From positions 496,001 through 560,000 of the forward strand of contig CP142726.1 in the NCBI GenBank assembly GCA_036630325.1: a DNA stretch of 64,000 nt, read 5' to 3'. The notes below the pieces were generated by a model. That model made no database searches. It saw only the letters and a list, made by a program, of their open reading frames with translations, and was not told where the DNA came from. This stretch comes from Vairimorpha necatrix (Eukaryota). The position numbers and the translations under genes were made by a program. This document shows, piece after piece, positions 1-13,176 of this stretch (the first letter of the stretch is position 1; each line of letters starts with the position of its first letter).

Positions 1-52
1 AGCGAGGCCGTCAAGGTATGCTGGCGTGTAAACGCAATTATTGATGTTTTTC
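1..52 (+). repeat. Short structured motif, repeated partially at 146-161 and in diverged form at 2436-2490
   Basis: AGCGAGGCCGT occurs at 1 and 151 (150-bp spacing). ACAAGCGA...CAAG.TAT.CT.GG...ACGCAATTATT.ATGTTTT recurs right after the LINE at ~2436-2490. Confidence 0.7.
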
Positions 53-161
53 TTTATTGGTGGAGTTTTTGGTGGCTTGGTGGGTTTCTTCGTTTTGCTG
101 ATTCTGTCTTTTAACAATAAACTTTTTTATTTTATTTTTTTATTTTTACAAGCGAGGCCGT

Positions 162-2436
162 TGTGGCTCTAATTGATCACAATAAGCTTCTTCAGACTTG
201 CCGAGCAAAGAAGCTAGAAATAGCGAATAATTTTTACGCTGATTTGGCGTCAGAGAATGATATAGATGTCAATGTCTATGATAAAGTAGATCTTGTTGAT
301 CTTCCCCCAGAGATAACAGATGAAGAATTTCTATCCGCACTGAAGAAATGTGGAAATAACAAAGCTGCCGGTTCTGATGAGATTCCAACCGAGCTATACA
401 AACACTTACTGACTAGAGCAGTAGAAGATAAATTCTTTAAATTCATGCTACATGAATTTAATAAATATATTTGTGGAAATAGTCCTCCTGAATACTGGAG
501 CATGGCAAACATGATTTGCCTCCACAAAAAAGGAGATGAGACAGATCTGAATAATTATAGGGGAATCTCCTTAATTAACACAATTAGTAAGATCTATCTC
601 AAGATAATAAATGACGGGTTAACTCAATTTGTCGAAGAACAAGATATACTCTCTAGATACCAAGCAGGATTCCGAGCAGGTGAAGAGTGTATGAATCAGA
701 TTACATCTCTACTAGAAATAGTGAGAAGAAGAGAATTCAGAGGCCTGAACACAATAATGTGTTTCATTGACTTTGAAAAAGCTTATGATAATGTAAGTCA
801 TGACTTATTATTTGAAAAGCTTACAAAACTTAATATCCCATTGTACTAAATCAATACAATAAAGGATATTTATAAATATACCACCATGCGAATAAAAATC
901 GCCGGAGAAACATCAAGTAGCTATAGTTACAGAAAAAAAATAAGACAAGGGTGCCCTTGTTCTCCAATGCTGTTCAATATACTTATCAATGATATTTTTG
1001 ACGGCATAGATGGTATCTTGATCCCAAGATCAAACACGAAAGTTCCGGGACTGATGTTCGCAGATGATATCTTTGTCTTTGGAAACGACAATGATGATCT
1101 TAGTAATAAGATCAATAGAATTTCTAATTGGCGGTTAATAACAGGATGAAGATTAACTCCACAAAAAGCGGAGTCTTAGAAATGACTGCCCACTCTAACA
1201 TACAAGAAATCCGAAGTTTGTATTCTCTCAATACTAACTTTGGTGGGATTGAAGAAGTTACAGAAGACAGATATCTGGGTGTCTTAGTTGAAAGAAACAC
1301 GCTAGAAGAACACTTGGTCAAAGACGCAGCAATGCGTGGCAAGAAAGCCTTAGATTCCCCGATGTCCAAGTTGATGAATTACAGCATTAACCTCTATTTC
1401 AAGGCGATCTTAATAAAATGTGTACTAGTACCCACACTAATGTACGGCAGTGAATTGTGGGGAATGTCAAGTACAAGAGCAGGTAAGATTAACAGGATCT
1501 TAAGAAAGTCTATCAGAATGATATTCAAAAGAGTATTAGTTCCACTAGATAGAGTAATGGACGAGTTCAGTATTGAACGAATTCATATACAAGCAGCTTT
1601 AAGTAGATTTAGAGCATACAACAAGTGGAAACACAATAAAACAATCATATCGGATATAATCTCAATCCATCCGAAAGAAAGAAAAACTACTTGGTGTTCA
1701 AGAACACAAAGATGGTTAAAACGATTACGAAACGAGTTATAGTAGATTTATTACTACAAATATCTTTATTTACTAAGAAGTCGAACAACTCTAAATACTT
1801 CTTTAGCTGCATCAATAGCAAACCAATATGACATAAGAAATTCACAAATTAAATATGTCATAAACAAAATAAATAATAGGAAAATTAGAACATATACTAG
1901 ATTGAGATGTAACCTAGTAAAGTGGTCCTCAGCAATAGCCAATTCAAAAAGAATACCAATGAGTTATAGAAACAAATGCTTTTTGTATAATGGACCACAA
2001 GAAAATTTAGAACATTTTCTACTAAAGTGCATTAAATTAACTGACATTAGATCATCTTTTAAAAAACTGCCTCTACTGATATGCTCCATAACAAATTACC
2101 AAGAAACCTCCGAATTACTTCTTGGACTAAAATCTGATTAAAAAACAACTCAGATAAATTAAAAGAGCTTGGTTGTAGCATAGATTTCTTATATGTGAGT
2201 TTTCCCCGTGATATTATATTTTATATCAAATTTAAAGAGATAATAATGCCAAAATTAGCATAAAATAATCAAAAAAAAAGATCTAGAAATAGAAGAAAAA
2301 GGTTAAACTTTAACAAGAAAACTTTTTAAAATTTATTTGACCTGAAAGTTTAGGGCATGATACTGATGCAGAATTTTTATTTGTTAGCTAAGTTTTGTTC
2401 TATGATGTATTGAGCCAAGCGTTATCTTAACTTTCT
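162..2436 (+). mobile_element. 5'-truncated, decayed non-LTR retrotransposon (LINE) with RT and C-terminal Cys/His motif
   Basis: ORF pieces 163-849, 886-1149, 1128-1742, 1902-2141 carry RT motifs (NYRGISL, QAGFR, FIDFEKAYDNV, RQGCPCSP, FADD, YLGV) and a degenerate C..C....EHFLLKC tail. No N-terminal endonuclease is present. Confidence 0.9.
163..2141 (+). pseudogene. Non-LTR reverse transcriptase ORF broken by stops and frameshifts
   Basis: In-frame TAA at 847-849, frameshift near 1130, further breaks after 1742. Confidence 0.88.
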
Positions 2437-2894
2437 ACAAGCGAAGTGCCCAAGTTATACTTGGTAGTGACGCAATTATTAATGTTTTCTAAATTTTTTT
2501 TAGTATGACATATAAAATGTTGTATGTTCTATCTTTTAGTCGATAAGCTTGGCAAAATGACGTAAAACAAATATTATGGAAACTTCACTATCTCTCCTGT
2601 CAAAAATCATTTTCGTGTTTTACAGCTGTCAAAGAAAATCTACACTGATTGCTGCTATTAGAATATTTTTATTACAAGAGCTTATTTACACTACCAGATA
2701 ATGCTGTAAGCCATGGACCTAAATTACGGAATCATAACCTTTCACAACTTAAATATTTGTTAAGTGGATTATAACTTACAAAATGAAACCCAATTTTTTT
2801 ATTAAATCTTATTTTTAATTAACATGTTAAAAACGCGGTTATTTTTTAGGCATAACATTCAAATATTACATAATTATGAGACACTTTTGTTTTC

Positions 2895-2922
2895 TTATAA
2901 AAATTAATTTTATTATCTGCCC
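2895..2922 (+). promoter_or_regulatory. AT-rich tract plus CCC motif immediately upstream of ATG (microsporidian-type initiation signal)
   Basis: ...ttttattatctgCCC-ATG. The same arrangement precedes ATGs at 13354, 23089, 24355, 39220 and minus-strand 30272, 40894, 53213. Confidence 0.6.
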
Positions 2923-3882
2923 ATGATATTTTTCTTTTTTCATATTATAACAATACTTTGTACTTACAGTATATTTGTAATTCCGAATGGTGAAAATTTC
3001 GAAGTTTACATGGCCGTAAAACAGACGGATTTACCTGCAATTATTCTTATCACAGGGTGTGCAAACAAAAAACGACCAAACCCGCCTATAAACATCGAGG
3101 ATCAAAATTTAGTTTTAGTGAGTAAGGCTACGCCTTATTTTTTTAGTATAATTACTCCAATCGAAAAAAGCAGTATAGAACATCTTTTAAATTGTCATAA
3201 AGTTTTGAACACAAGAGATACAGACGAAGTAGGTTCATTCTTAAATAGTGAATATGTAGTAATGACGAAGATTCCACGTGTCAAAAATAAAATTTACATT
3301 GAAATACTAAAATCGAATAATAACTTAACTGTTGAGACGCATTCAAGAAGCAAAAAAATTATGTTTTTTAAAGTAATTAGTTTTTATAAAATAGAATTTT
3401 TTAATTTTTTCGTTTATACTAAAGATTATGTTCTTCCAAATGTATCATCCCTTTACCAAAAAAATATGTTAATTTTTTCGCAACCGGAAAATATGATTAA
3501 AGAATTGAATGATTTATCTTTCAACATAGATATGGAGACCAATAAAAATGAACATCGAGAATCTGAACCTAGGAAAGCGTCAGAGGAAGCAGCTAGAGGT
3601 CATATTAAAAATAAAAGATTTGAGAATGTCTTAAGTGAGGATAAACTAAAACCAAAGCTTATTAATCAACTTAAAACCAGAAATTCTAAAGATTTCCCAA
3701 AAACAATAAAATATCAAGAACCAGAGGCATTTTATAGACAGAAAAAATTTGACGAGATATGCGAAGTTCCCAAAAGAAACGAAATTACAACTGAAGAGAA
3801 TCCAGAATACAACAATGAAGTCAAGAACAGAAATAAAAGAAGTTCTAAGATATTTAAAAAGAGAAACAGTTATAAGTTTTAA
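2923..3882 (+). CDS. Hypothetical 319-aa protein with signal-peptide-like N-terminus and Lys-rich C-terminus
   Basis: Intact long ORF, hydrophobic start MIFFFFHIITILCTYS, CCC motif before ATG, AATAAA just after the stop. No recognisable domain. Confidence 0.75.
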   Translation: MIFFFFHIITILCTYSIFVIPNGENFEVYMAVKQTDLPAIILITGCANKKRPNPPINIEDQNLVLVSKATPYFFSIITPIEKSSIEHLLNCHKVLNTRDTDEVGSFLNSEYVVMTKIPRVKNKIYIEILKSNNNLTVETHSRSKKIMFFKVISFYKIEFFNFFVYTKDYVLPNVSSLYQKNMLIFSQPENMIKELNDLSFNIDMETNKNEHRESEPRKASEEAARGHIKNKRFENVLSEDKLKPKLINQLKTRNSKDFPKTIKYQEPEAFYRQKKFDEICEVPKRNEITTEENPEYNNEVKNRNKRSSKIFKKRNSYKF

Positions 3883-6800
3883 CTAATAAATAAAATCATA
3901 TTATTAATAATTTGTATAGTTTTTTATAAAAATGAAAAAAAAATTGCTGGTGAATCAACCTAAATTATTTGAAAACCAATTACTGTCTAATTTACAGCTA
4001 ACTAAACAAGCGAAAGCAATTATTTTTATATTATAATATAATTGTAAATGATGTTTCTGAAATACATTTAATTTTTCGATCTCATTTGAAAAATAATAGC
4101 GTATTTTTGTTCATAAATATTTTTATACATATGCGTATAAGAATGCGACCGCCTTATTTTTACCATTATCAATAATTGTACTTTAATTCCTTAATTTAAT
4201 ATTAAAATACAATACAACAAATTTTATATATATATATCTAGACACATTTATTAGATTATTGCATTAATTTTCCACTTTTTACTTTTGATGGTCTATTTTT
4301 TAGAAAAATTACAAAAACAAGTAGGATATACGAATAATAAAGTATCAGTAAAGTAAAATTGAAAAAAAATTAAACATAATTCTTCAATCAAAAGAAATTA
4401 GTTTCACATTATAAATTCTGGCTGTCTTATTACATTAGCATAAAATGCTCAAAGGTGCAAGTAAAAATCTTGTCAGTCCCCTGTTCTTAATCCATTTGAC
4501 TGTATTATGTGAATTACATATGCACAGACCTCGACTTGTCATTATAAAAAATTCATTAATAAAATTTAGCTTTATAGAATATTAAGGTAAAAAGAATAAA
4601 AAATGACCAATTCTCTTTTCTTGCATAAACTTCTTTAAATCATGAGATCTCTTATTATCCTCAAATGAAATCTTTTAAAAATTTACAGAAAAGGCAAGTT
4701 TCTCTAGATAAACTTGATACATAAAACTTTATATGCACATTTTTAAATGTGTATGTGTTAAGTCTCAATTAAAAATTATGCAAATACGATTTAAATTTTT
4801 TGAGTTGGTTTGGAGGTCCAGTTTTGTTATTTTTATCTTGTATGTAGGGTTAAAGGCTTAAATTAACATTAAAATCAGATATTTCTAACAAACCCTTTTT
4901 AGTCAAGGGCTTTTAACCTAGTGATCGAAGGATGCTTCAATCGAGCAATGGCTCTAATCGAATCCCGGGGTACCAAAATTGTTTCTACTTTCTATGATGC
5001 TGTTTGAACACTGAAACTTTTGTATGTTCAGCCACAAGGGATTAGCATCTAGTGATGAAAAGCACCAAAAGGCAAAGCAGACATCAGCCTCGGTGTGTAT
5101 TAAGGTTACATTAAAGTACCTGATGGACACAACCATGTTGGAGCTAATAAGAGGTCCCATCTAAAGTGAGATCCTAAAACTGGCTAAGACGTTTTATGAA
5201 AAAAAGCAATAAGAAGTCTCGTAAACTCTGTCCTACACGATTTTGTAACATGGTCCTAATACTACTGGTAGACTGGTTGTCAACGCAGTCCAATAAAAAC
5301 CCTCGTCTTAGAATGTTGCAATGTAAGAAGTCGTGTGGGATGCAAAGAATTGTAATTATGTTTGAGTTAGTACGATAATGTCTCTTTTCGGGGCAAGATG
5401 GCCATGCCTGTTAATATAATAACTGAAAGGTTACTCTTGGCGCGATTTGAGGCATAAATCGGAAAAGTTCTCCTGGAACCAAATTTTAAAAATACGCGGA
5501 ACTTGCTGCACCGTCAAGTAATATAGATGGAGTTCTAGTAAGTAATAATTTACAGTACCTATAAGTTGAGATCATACCTAATCGGCTTCACCGCAATGTA
5601 AAGTTTATTTCGACTTATTACTTGAAACAAAAATTTGAAAAAACTAAAATAACGATAAGTATTAACTATTTTCTTCCGATAAAAAAGCTTTATGAATAAG
5701 AAAAAATCGAATCCGAGTAATATATAATATTTTAATTTTTCTGGATAGTCGACAACGACAATAAAATACTAGCCTGTATATTACATTTTTCTTTTATAAT
5801 ACCAAGACTCATTTATAAGCGTTGCATTACGTTTTTAAAAAGATTTACTAGTTTTTATGCCGTGGAGGGGGGTTATCGCAAATTGCAATGTTTATGTATA
5901 AACTAATTTCTTCTTGTAACATTTTTATGTGAATTCACAATACTATTTTGTAAATACAAATACACAGATTCAGCAATGATATTAGAAAACATATTTAAAT
6001 TTCTTAGATGTATTTCTTTTTTTTTGAAGATATTGGGTGCGTTTTTGTTGTTACTTTTAAAGCACTAAATGAGCTTAAAAAATCTTTTGAAATTAAAGAA
6101 AATGTATTTAGAAATGCAAAATTTGAACAAGAAAAATTTCTTGAAATGTAAAAATATTTTTTGCATAAACTATTGAACTATGTTTTATTTTGCTGCCATT
6201 TTAATATATTATGATTTCGCTTATAGCGATTTAACTAATATTTTATAATTTTTTTGGCATGTAATGTTTTTTCATTAAATATTTTTTTACATGCTTTTCA
6301 TAACAATACTAATAAATATTATAAGATAGTAGCGTGCTGCACAGAAATGCGACTTGTTCTAAACTTATACTCTTAAGAACTATATGTTTGCCTGTCTGAT
6401 CCTGGCAGGCTTTATAAGTTTCATTATAAATATTTTTATTAGGGTTCATATCCTTTGTATTCATCGTGAGCTAAAATAAAATAATTTAAAAATAAAAAGG
6501 AGAGGAAAAATTGAAAATCGTAAAATACATCCTATGAGAATATAGATGTTATATGATTATAATACCACAGATAGGTACATTCTTTCAACTTGAACTTTGA
6601 TATAGATTTTAAGTAGATTTGGTTTTAGACCCCGCATTAACCACTAAATAATTCCTAAAATAAAAATGCGAAAATAATTTAATTTTTTTTTAATATATGA
6701 AAATGGTAATTCACAAAAGAGACTGAAATTCAAAATATCTTTTTTTCAATTACAGTATAAGTGTATTGTTACCACCATTAAGGCGGCCTGTTTGTAAATA

Positions 6801-7759
6801 GCACTCGATGGAGCTCCTCCTGAAATATGTTTTTGATTGTTAATAAATTTGTATTTATTATCTATTCTGTGAGGCTCCTCTTTTGTCCTTCTCATCTTCA
6901 TCCTAAAAGTGGGGAGGGGGGGTAAAATAAAAACAAAATATTTATAGCAGAATATTTTCTAAAAATTCATTTGGAGAAAAAATAAAATTATGTGGTAAAT
7001 TGTCATGCAGTGAACTTACGCTGACCGTCAGAATTACCACTCATAATAAATTCTGCTAGTGCCTGGTGCAAATGGAGATATTTGGCATTCCCATAAATCA
7101 TATAATTATGTTACAAATATGCGTTCAACGCATATTCTTACAACCTTTGTTCTACTTTTATTTCCCGCCCAAAGTGCTACATTTTGGAGGGAAGCGTTTT
7201 CAAAAAGTATTTAAGCTAATTGCACCAAAAAGGGCATAATGAGTAATAAACTATTAATGCATAATTCATCTTCTTTTAAAAACCCACTATTTTTTGTCTC
7301 GAGACTAACTCGACAACATAAATAATATTACAAAAAGCTATTATGATGAACAAAAAAATATTTATTTTGTGTAAAATGTATAGACCAAGCTATTATTTGT
7401 TAAACACTGTCAACAATACTTAAATAATTTATATGTTTTTTTTTAAATAATTCAAAAATTTAAATGTATTTGTTTGTCTAATATTATATTCGATTTATAT
7501 TCTTGGTATGTGTTAAAATATTGGTTTTAAGATAATGATAAATTTGATAATAATATTTTAATCATAGTAGTCACATAGTTGCAATTTCCTCAAGCTTTTA
7601 GAGCCAAAATACTCAAAAGGACGAAGTTTTGGAATTCTAACGCGTGTACGTTATTTACAAACTTATAAAGGTAGAAATAATCAACTCATAATATTTTGAT
7701 TAACTATTTTTTACCTAGGCGATTAACGCAACGAATCTCACAATCATAAATACATGTTG

Positions 7760-8065
7760 GCGTGTTTGGGGGAGACTACCAGTGGCAAGAAAGCAATCGA
7801 TAATGCTACGGTAGTGAGTACCGTGAAAATCGTAGTTTGGATAATTGCAAGTGAAAGATTGTTTATTGTTAAAGTAAGAGTATGCATTGTCTGATTTGTT
7901 GTGGGAAGAATGTTTCTTTGAATTTGCATGTTGTACCATGTTGTTTATGGAATTTCTTTATATATACACAGAGAAAATAATAGAAGCAAATACGATAGAA
8001 CTGACCTATCATGGCCGATCATAATTGATTGTTTCAAAGAAGCATCTGCGGTTTAGCAATTATTA
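7760..8065 (-). repeat. Dispersed ~300-bp repeat, copy 1 (probable decayed gene family)
   Basis: Alignable by eye with 14560-14855. Minus-strand peptides RSIIDCFLATGSLP and RSIIEYFLVTGKLP are conserved. Confidence 0.7.
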
Positions 8066-8507
8066 TTTCATTATCAAAACATGTGATACGATAAATTATA
8101 CTATGAATTCCAATAAAAAATAAAATCCAGTCGAATTTTATATATTCAGAAGTAGCTTCTCTGATTTACGTCAGTATACGGCTTTAAAAGTTTTCTGTTG
8201 TTTTTTTTTACATTCATGTAGATTTAGTCATTCTGTCATGTAAACATCTTTTTCGTATTTCAAAAAAATTTTCGACTAATAACATTTAATACTACCCTCT
8301 TACACATTAAAATACAAAATTTTTATTTTTTAAAAAAGACTCCAAAATGTCAAAAAATTAATAATTATGTACATCCTTTGTTTTCCAGTCTTGCCTTGTG
8401 AAAAGACTACATGATAGAGACTAGAATCATTAATCTGACTAGTTGATGCGGTTCTTGTGATCATGTTGTAGCAAAGCTTGTAATATAATTGTTAAAGGAA
8501 AATGAAA

Positions 8508-9173
8508 GGTACATAACCGTTTGGAATCCGCCTTGGAAAAATGAACCCGCTTTGAAATTATAAATGACCCCCGTTTCAAAAAAAGGCAAAATTGGCAAAA
8601 CAATGTTTGTTGAGGCAGATGAGCTTTTTAGTGATGATATGTATTTATGTAAGGAAAACAAAGAAAAATTTGTTTTGAAAATATTTGAGGCTGAATCAGC
8701 GTGCGCCTTGCTCGTTTCTGTAACTAGTAGAAGTACTGATATTTCCTTGGGGTAATACAAGATAATATATAACCTGTTTCTATTATGATCTCTGACCAAT
8801 GAAAAGCATATGAGGCCACAATAGACAAGCAAAGGGATAGAGCACAGTACTATGAATACTATATCAATGCTGTAACCCCTGGCGATTCCAGCACAATACC
8901 AAATAATTTGGTTGGTTTTGGCTCGTTTCTATAAGAAATATTAGATCTATACATGGAAAAAACCAGGACGAACACCAGAGCTCCTTACAGTTGCTCTGGG
9001 CTTTCCAAATCCAAATTAACAACGAATAAATCGTCTTCTTTCATTATAAATTAAATCGTTAGGTCTCTTTTTTAAAATTTATTTTTATTTTTCCCTTTTG
9101 AATTTTTAAAGCAGGTTCATTTTTCTCAATGCGGACTCATTTTCAAAAATTGGATTTCAAACGGTCATTTACC
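8508..9173 (+). mobile_element. Short Merlin (IS1016/ISXO2-like) element, decayed, catalytic region only
   Basis: Imperfect TIRs GGTACATAACCGTTTGGAATCC / GGATTTCAAACGGTCATTTACC; 8-bp flanks AAATGAAA/AAAGGAAA; peptides KIGKTMFVEADE and ISDQ*KAY. Confidence 0.8.
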
Positions 9174-9389
9174 AAAGGAAAGATAGGTTTATAGGTGTTC
9201 GATACGAGAATGCAGGGCAATGAATAGCTTTTTGCCTGGCATTAAGTTATCATTTGCAATTTATCATTTTGTTGTGTTCTTAGTCCTTTGCAACAGCAAT
9301 TATAGATTAATTATAAGTTTAACAGGTGTGTCAAATGACACATTTTAAAAATGAAGCTTAAATTTGTGAATTATTAAAAAAAATGGAAA

Positions 9390-9900
9390 CCGAATGCAAA
9401 ATCGGTGTCTCGGGAGTTCAAGTCGGATCGATGAAACTGTAATGTATAGAAGGGGAAGTATAAGATATCCATCTAAAACTTAAGATGAAGCAAAAATTAC
9501 TTTTTGGATTCTGCAGTTGATAGAAGCTGAAAATAGAAAAAAGGTTGTATTCTACAAGTTCCAGATCGAAAGATAAATGCTCTAACAAGAATAATAGGAG
9601 ATTGAGTCATACTGAAATTAGTTCTTATTTCTGAAGGACATCTTAATTATCCTGGTGTAGCAGCAAATCTAAAACTTTAACACATTATTGTAATTATTTA
9701 ATAGGATTTACTAATGAAGAAGGATATCATACTATTACATGAAAATTTTTGGAGTGGTATGAATTCAGAAATGACTAAACAGCACTGAGTTAAGCTTCAG
9801 AATATTGTGTCATGGCCTGAAGAATTTCTTTTTAGAAAAAAATTTATGTATAATCTGAGGAATAACGAACAAATGGAAATTTTAAATGATTTTATTAAAT
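9390..9900 (+). mobile_element. Highly decayed Merlin transposase remnant
   Basis: KIG..GVQV-IDET, VPDR, ISEGHLNYPGVA and H..VN..GFTNEEGYHT motifs across frames. Ends not defined. Confidence 0.65.
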
Positions 9901-11089
9901 TTATTTTTGACACCGATTTTTGAAATTCGAGTCGTAGAAAAACTGGAGAGCCTCCCCAAAAAAAAATTAAAACTATTTTTAAGTATTAAAAAAGGAACTT
10001 TCTTGTTATTATATTTCAAGCATGTACTTTAATATGGGGCGAAATAAGATTTTTTGGACTAGATGTTTAGTAGTTTGTCGTTTAATAGCATCCGTATATT
10101 GTTCTCTAGTATTGGTAATAACCTTAGTTATTGTATTTTAAAAATAACCTCCAAAATGCGCTGGCGTGTTTTTTATATACTTCAATTTTATTGTATTTTT
10201 TTGCGCGTCAGAGAATAATGTGTAATTTCAATCAATACATGACGTTATTTTATTTTTATGAATAATTTCGTTGTATTGTAGGCAGGAAGTAGAATTAATA
10301 TTCATTCTGTTGTATTTCGACCATCTTAAATATCCTTCCTTCAACTTAAATCATACGTATTTTAAGGCTTGCTAAATTTACTTTAACCAATTTCGACAGT
10401 GGATTTTTATCAACCAATGTTTTTGATTTTCTGTATTTTGAATACGCCTCTTTTGAATAAATTGTTTGATATATCTAGTTACAAGATGGGGGTCTATGTA
10501 CATCAATTTGTCATGTGATTTAGCTTTATTTTTTACTCTGAATTTTGCAATATCTAACATAAAGATATTGTAAGAGCGGGGTTGCAAAAGATCTCTTTCT
10601 TTGCAGAATTTTTTATAAATACACTTTACAACATATTTTTTATTTGATCAAATTATAACAGGAGGTCTACGGGTAAAAAAGGAATGACCAGTTTAGATAA
10701 AATTTTTCAATATATTTAATTTTTTTATTCTTATGGTGTCTAAAAAAAGGAGGTTTACGAAAATATAATATGTTGAAACTTATTATTCTTTTAAAATCTA
10801 TTCGTTTTTGATAGATTACACCCATATTCTTAATATTTTGATTATATGATACTTATTGCTAAAAACTAAATTTTCAACTTAAAACATAAGTTTTTAGAGT
10901 TTGTACAAAAAATTCACACTTAAAATCCGATATACGGGCTTTTACTTTGAATTTTTTTTGATTTGTACTTTTTGCTAATCCGCCCTTTTCCGCTCAACTT
11001 TCAAAATTGCTGATAAAAATACAAAATTCTGTGTTTATTTTTCGTTTGAACTGGTATGAGAATGTCCCGATTTTTTGTATTGATTTTTT

Positions 11090-11460
11090 TTGTCATCCCC
11101 TATAAATGTATCCACTTGTATTTTTCAAAAAACTTTTATTACGATATTTGACTAAATCCTTTTTCTTATTCAATTTTACTCCTTCTTTATCCCTTTGGAT
11201 TTTTAATTTTTATTTGTATTTGCCGAATAATGAGAGCATGCCCATGTTAAGTCTCTTTGATAGCTCAATCCTTCTCCTTTTCTCTTTGTTATTTGTTAGT
11301 TTCGTTTGCGTGTGTTACTTAGATCTCTTAATTGGCCTACCCGAGCTTCCATATAGCACTTATGTCGCTTTTTTCTTAGATTTCTTTTACATCTTGATTT
11401 AAATTTTTTTTTTATCTTCAAATATCGTACTGTCATTTTCCAAGATAGCACATGATGTTT
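11090..11460 (-). mobile_element. Possible decayed Gypsy integrase C-terminal fragment
   Basis: Weak motifs (NQDVKE, SSGRP, MGMLSLFG, KYRNK) on the minus strand, abutting the Merlin at 11463. Confidence 0.25.
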
Positions 11461-11462
11461 TT

Positions 11463-12597
11463 GGCGCTACTTCATTTTCTTGCCCCTCTTTGAAAAGGCA
11501 TCGATAAAAGATACAAGTTCTTGTTATTTTTCAAATCTAAACATTTTTTTTTGGGGGGGGGGGTGAAAGAAAATAAAGGTAAGATATATTTGTCGATTTG
11601 AGAATTGAGAATTGATTCCTTAAGATTTAACATTAAGAAGGCAATTCTGGAGATGCAATCTATAAAGATATGTGCTTTTAAAACAATGAAGCAACAATAT
11701 TTTTTAGATTATGGTCTTCTAAAACGTCGATTGTTTGCAGGCATTGTTCGACATCCGAATGAATTTTTCTTATGAACATTGGTGGATGTTCTGGCCACAC
11801 TGACGGCAAAGCTTATCGTTACGTTAATAAAAAAAAGTAGTTAGAAGAGCTCACTTCAAAATGATGCTAAGTTTAAACGTATTAGGGTTCCATTTCACAA
11901 AACCCTTGGAGCATTCTATTGTCGGGCATTTGATTAACCACTTAAAAAGCAATAGATCTTTGTAAAATATGCGAGAATTCATGTATTAAAATCGAGGTTA
12001 TAGCGATGGAAGTCATTGCTACCAAATTGAAGGATCTTCTGTTTGCGTCAATTTGATGAAACCGCAATATGCAATATGGTCATTGTATCCAATCCTTCTT
12101 AAACTTTTGGTTCTATCCCTGTCATTTAATGGATTTTTGACGGCATTATAGAAGGGGATTTTATAGACTTTGTTCTTAAATAGTTACCTAATCGAACATC
12201 AATTACTATTATAGATTTTTTTAGGAGCCGAGCAAAGCCTGGCTCAATAATTATTACTGATGGTTACCCTTTTATCCTCGGCCTCTAGAAATTTTGGAAG
12301 CGAACATTTTATAGTAAATCACTCGCTTGGCTTATTAAAAGCGGATGGAGACCACACAAATCATATAGAAAATTTGTGGGCCCATTTTAAGAACGAATAT
12401 AGATTGAGAGGTGAACCTAATCTGCATAGAATTAATTTATTTTTTAAGAAATTTCATAAAACATATAAATTATAATCATTGCACCAATTATGATCTTAGG
12501 CTCTTCTTTATTAAATTTTTTGAACTTTTAGGTCGATGGAATAATAAATTTCTTCTAAATATTTTTTTTTAGGGGGACATAAAAACGAAGTTGCGCC
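11463..12597 (+). mobile_element. Decayed Merlin element
   Basis: TIRs GGCGCTACTTCATTTTCTTGCCCC / GGGGACATAAAAACGAAGTTGCGCC; QFDETAIC, ITDGYP, VNHS, HTNHIENLW motifs. No clean TSD. Confidence 0.85.
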
Positions 12598-13176
12598 GAT
12601 GAACTAAATTAGTTTAGAAAAAATCTCATGTATATCTTTAGATCTACATTTGTAATTAATTTATGCGCTTTTTGATTAATAAATGATAAAAGACAATACA
12701 TTTGAATAAGTCTTTTACTTATTTTATTTTTTACCCCCCCCCCCACAAACCAAAAAGATATCTTAGGATGTTAAAAATGAGGAAAATACTACAGACTATA
12801 CTCTTTTCAACTAAAAATCTTTGGTGAAAAAGACACACAAGAGAAAACTAAAATCAGATCAAGCATATAGAAAATGTTACATTATTTTGAGAGGAATAAT
12901 AACCCTCTTATTAAAAAGCAACATTGTATAAGTATAGGTGGGCATCTGCCGCCAATAACATCATAAAACACTCTTATTTTGTCTACACAGGCGCCTCTCG
13001 GCGTGAGTCACTTTGTAAAAAACACACATTAGTCAAAAAATACCGCGTACATTTTTTAAAACGTCTCTTGCTCAATAAAAGATGGGGATGTCAAGAAATT
13101 ATATATTTTTTAATTGATTTAACGATTAAAGGAATGCCTAAAACCATTTGTTTTCCGAGAAACAATTAAAAAATTT

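Noticed and set aside
1-52. Resemblance to the U6 snRNA 3' half (CAAGG.ATG...ACGCAA)
   Set aside because: No ACAGAGA box upstream of the copies whose flank is visible, and spacing does not fit.
4920-5640. Slightly GC-richer, coding-like stretch
   Set aside because: No recognisable motif in the frames examined; only short ORFs.
6992-7040. Imperfect hairpin GTGGTAA...TTACCAC
   Set aside because: Isolated, no family signature; could be a TE end remnant or chance.
9398-9920. 12-bp inverted repeat AAAATCGGTGTC / GACACCGATTTT as TIRs
   Set aside because: The left copy lies within transposase coding sequence (KIG motif) and there is no TSD.
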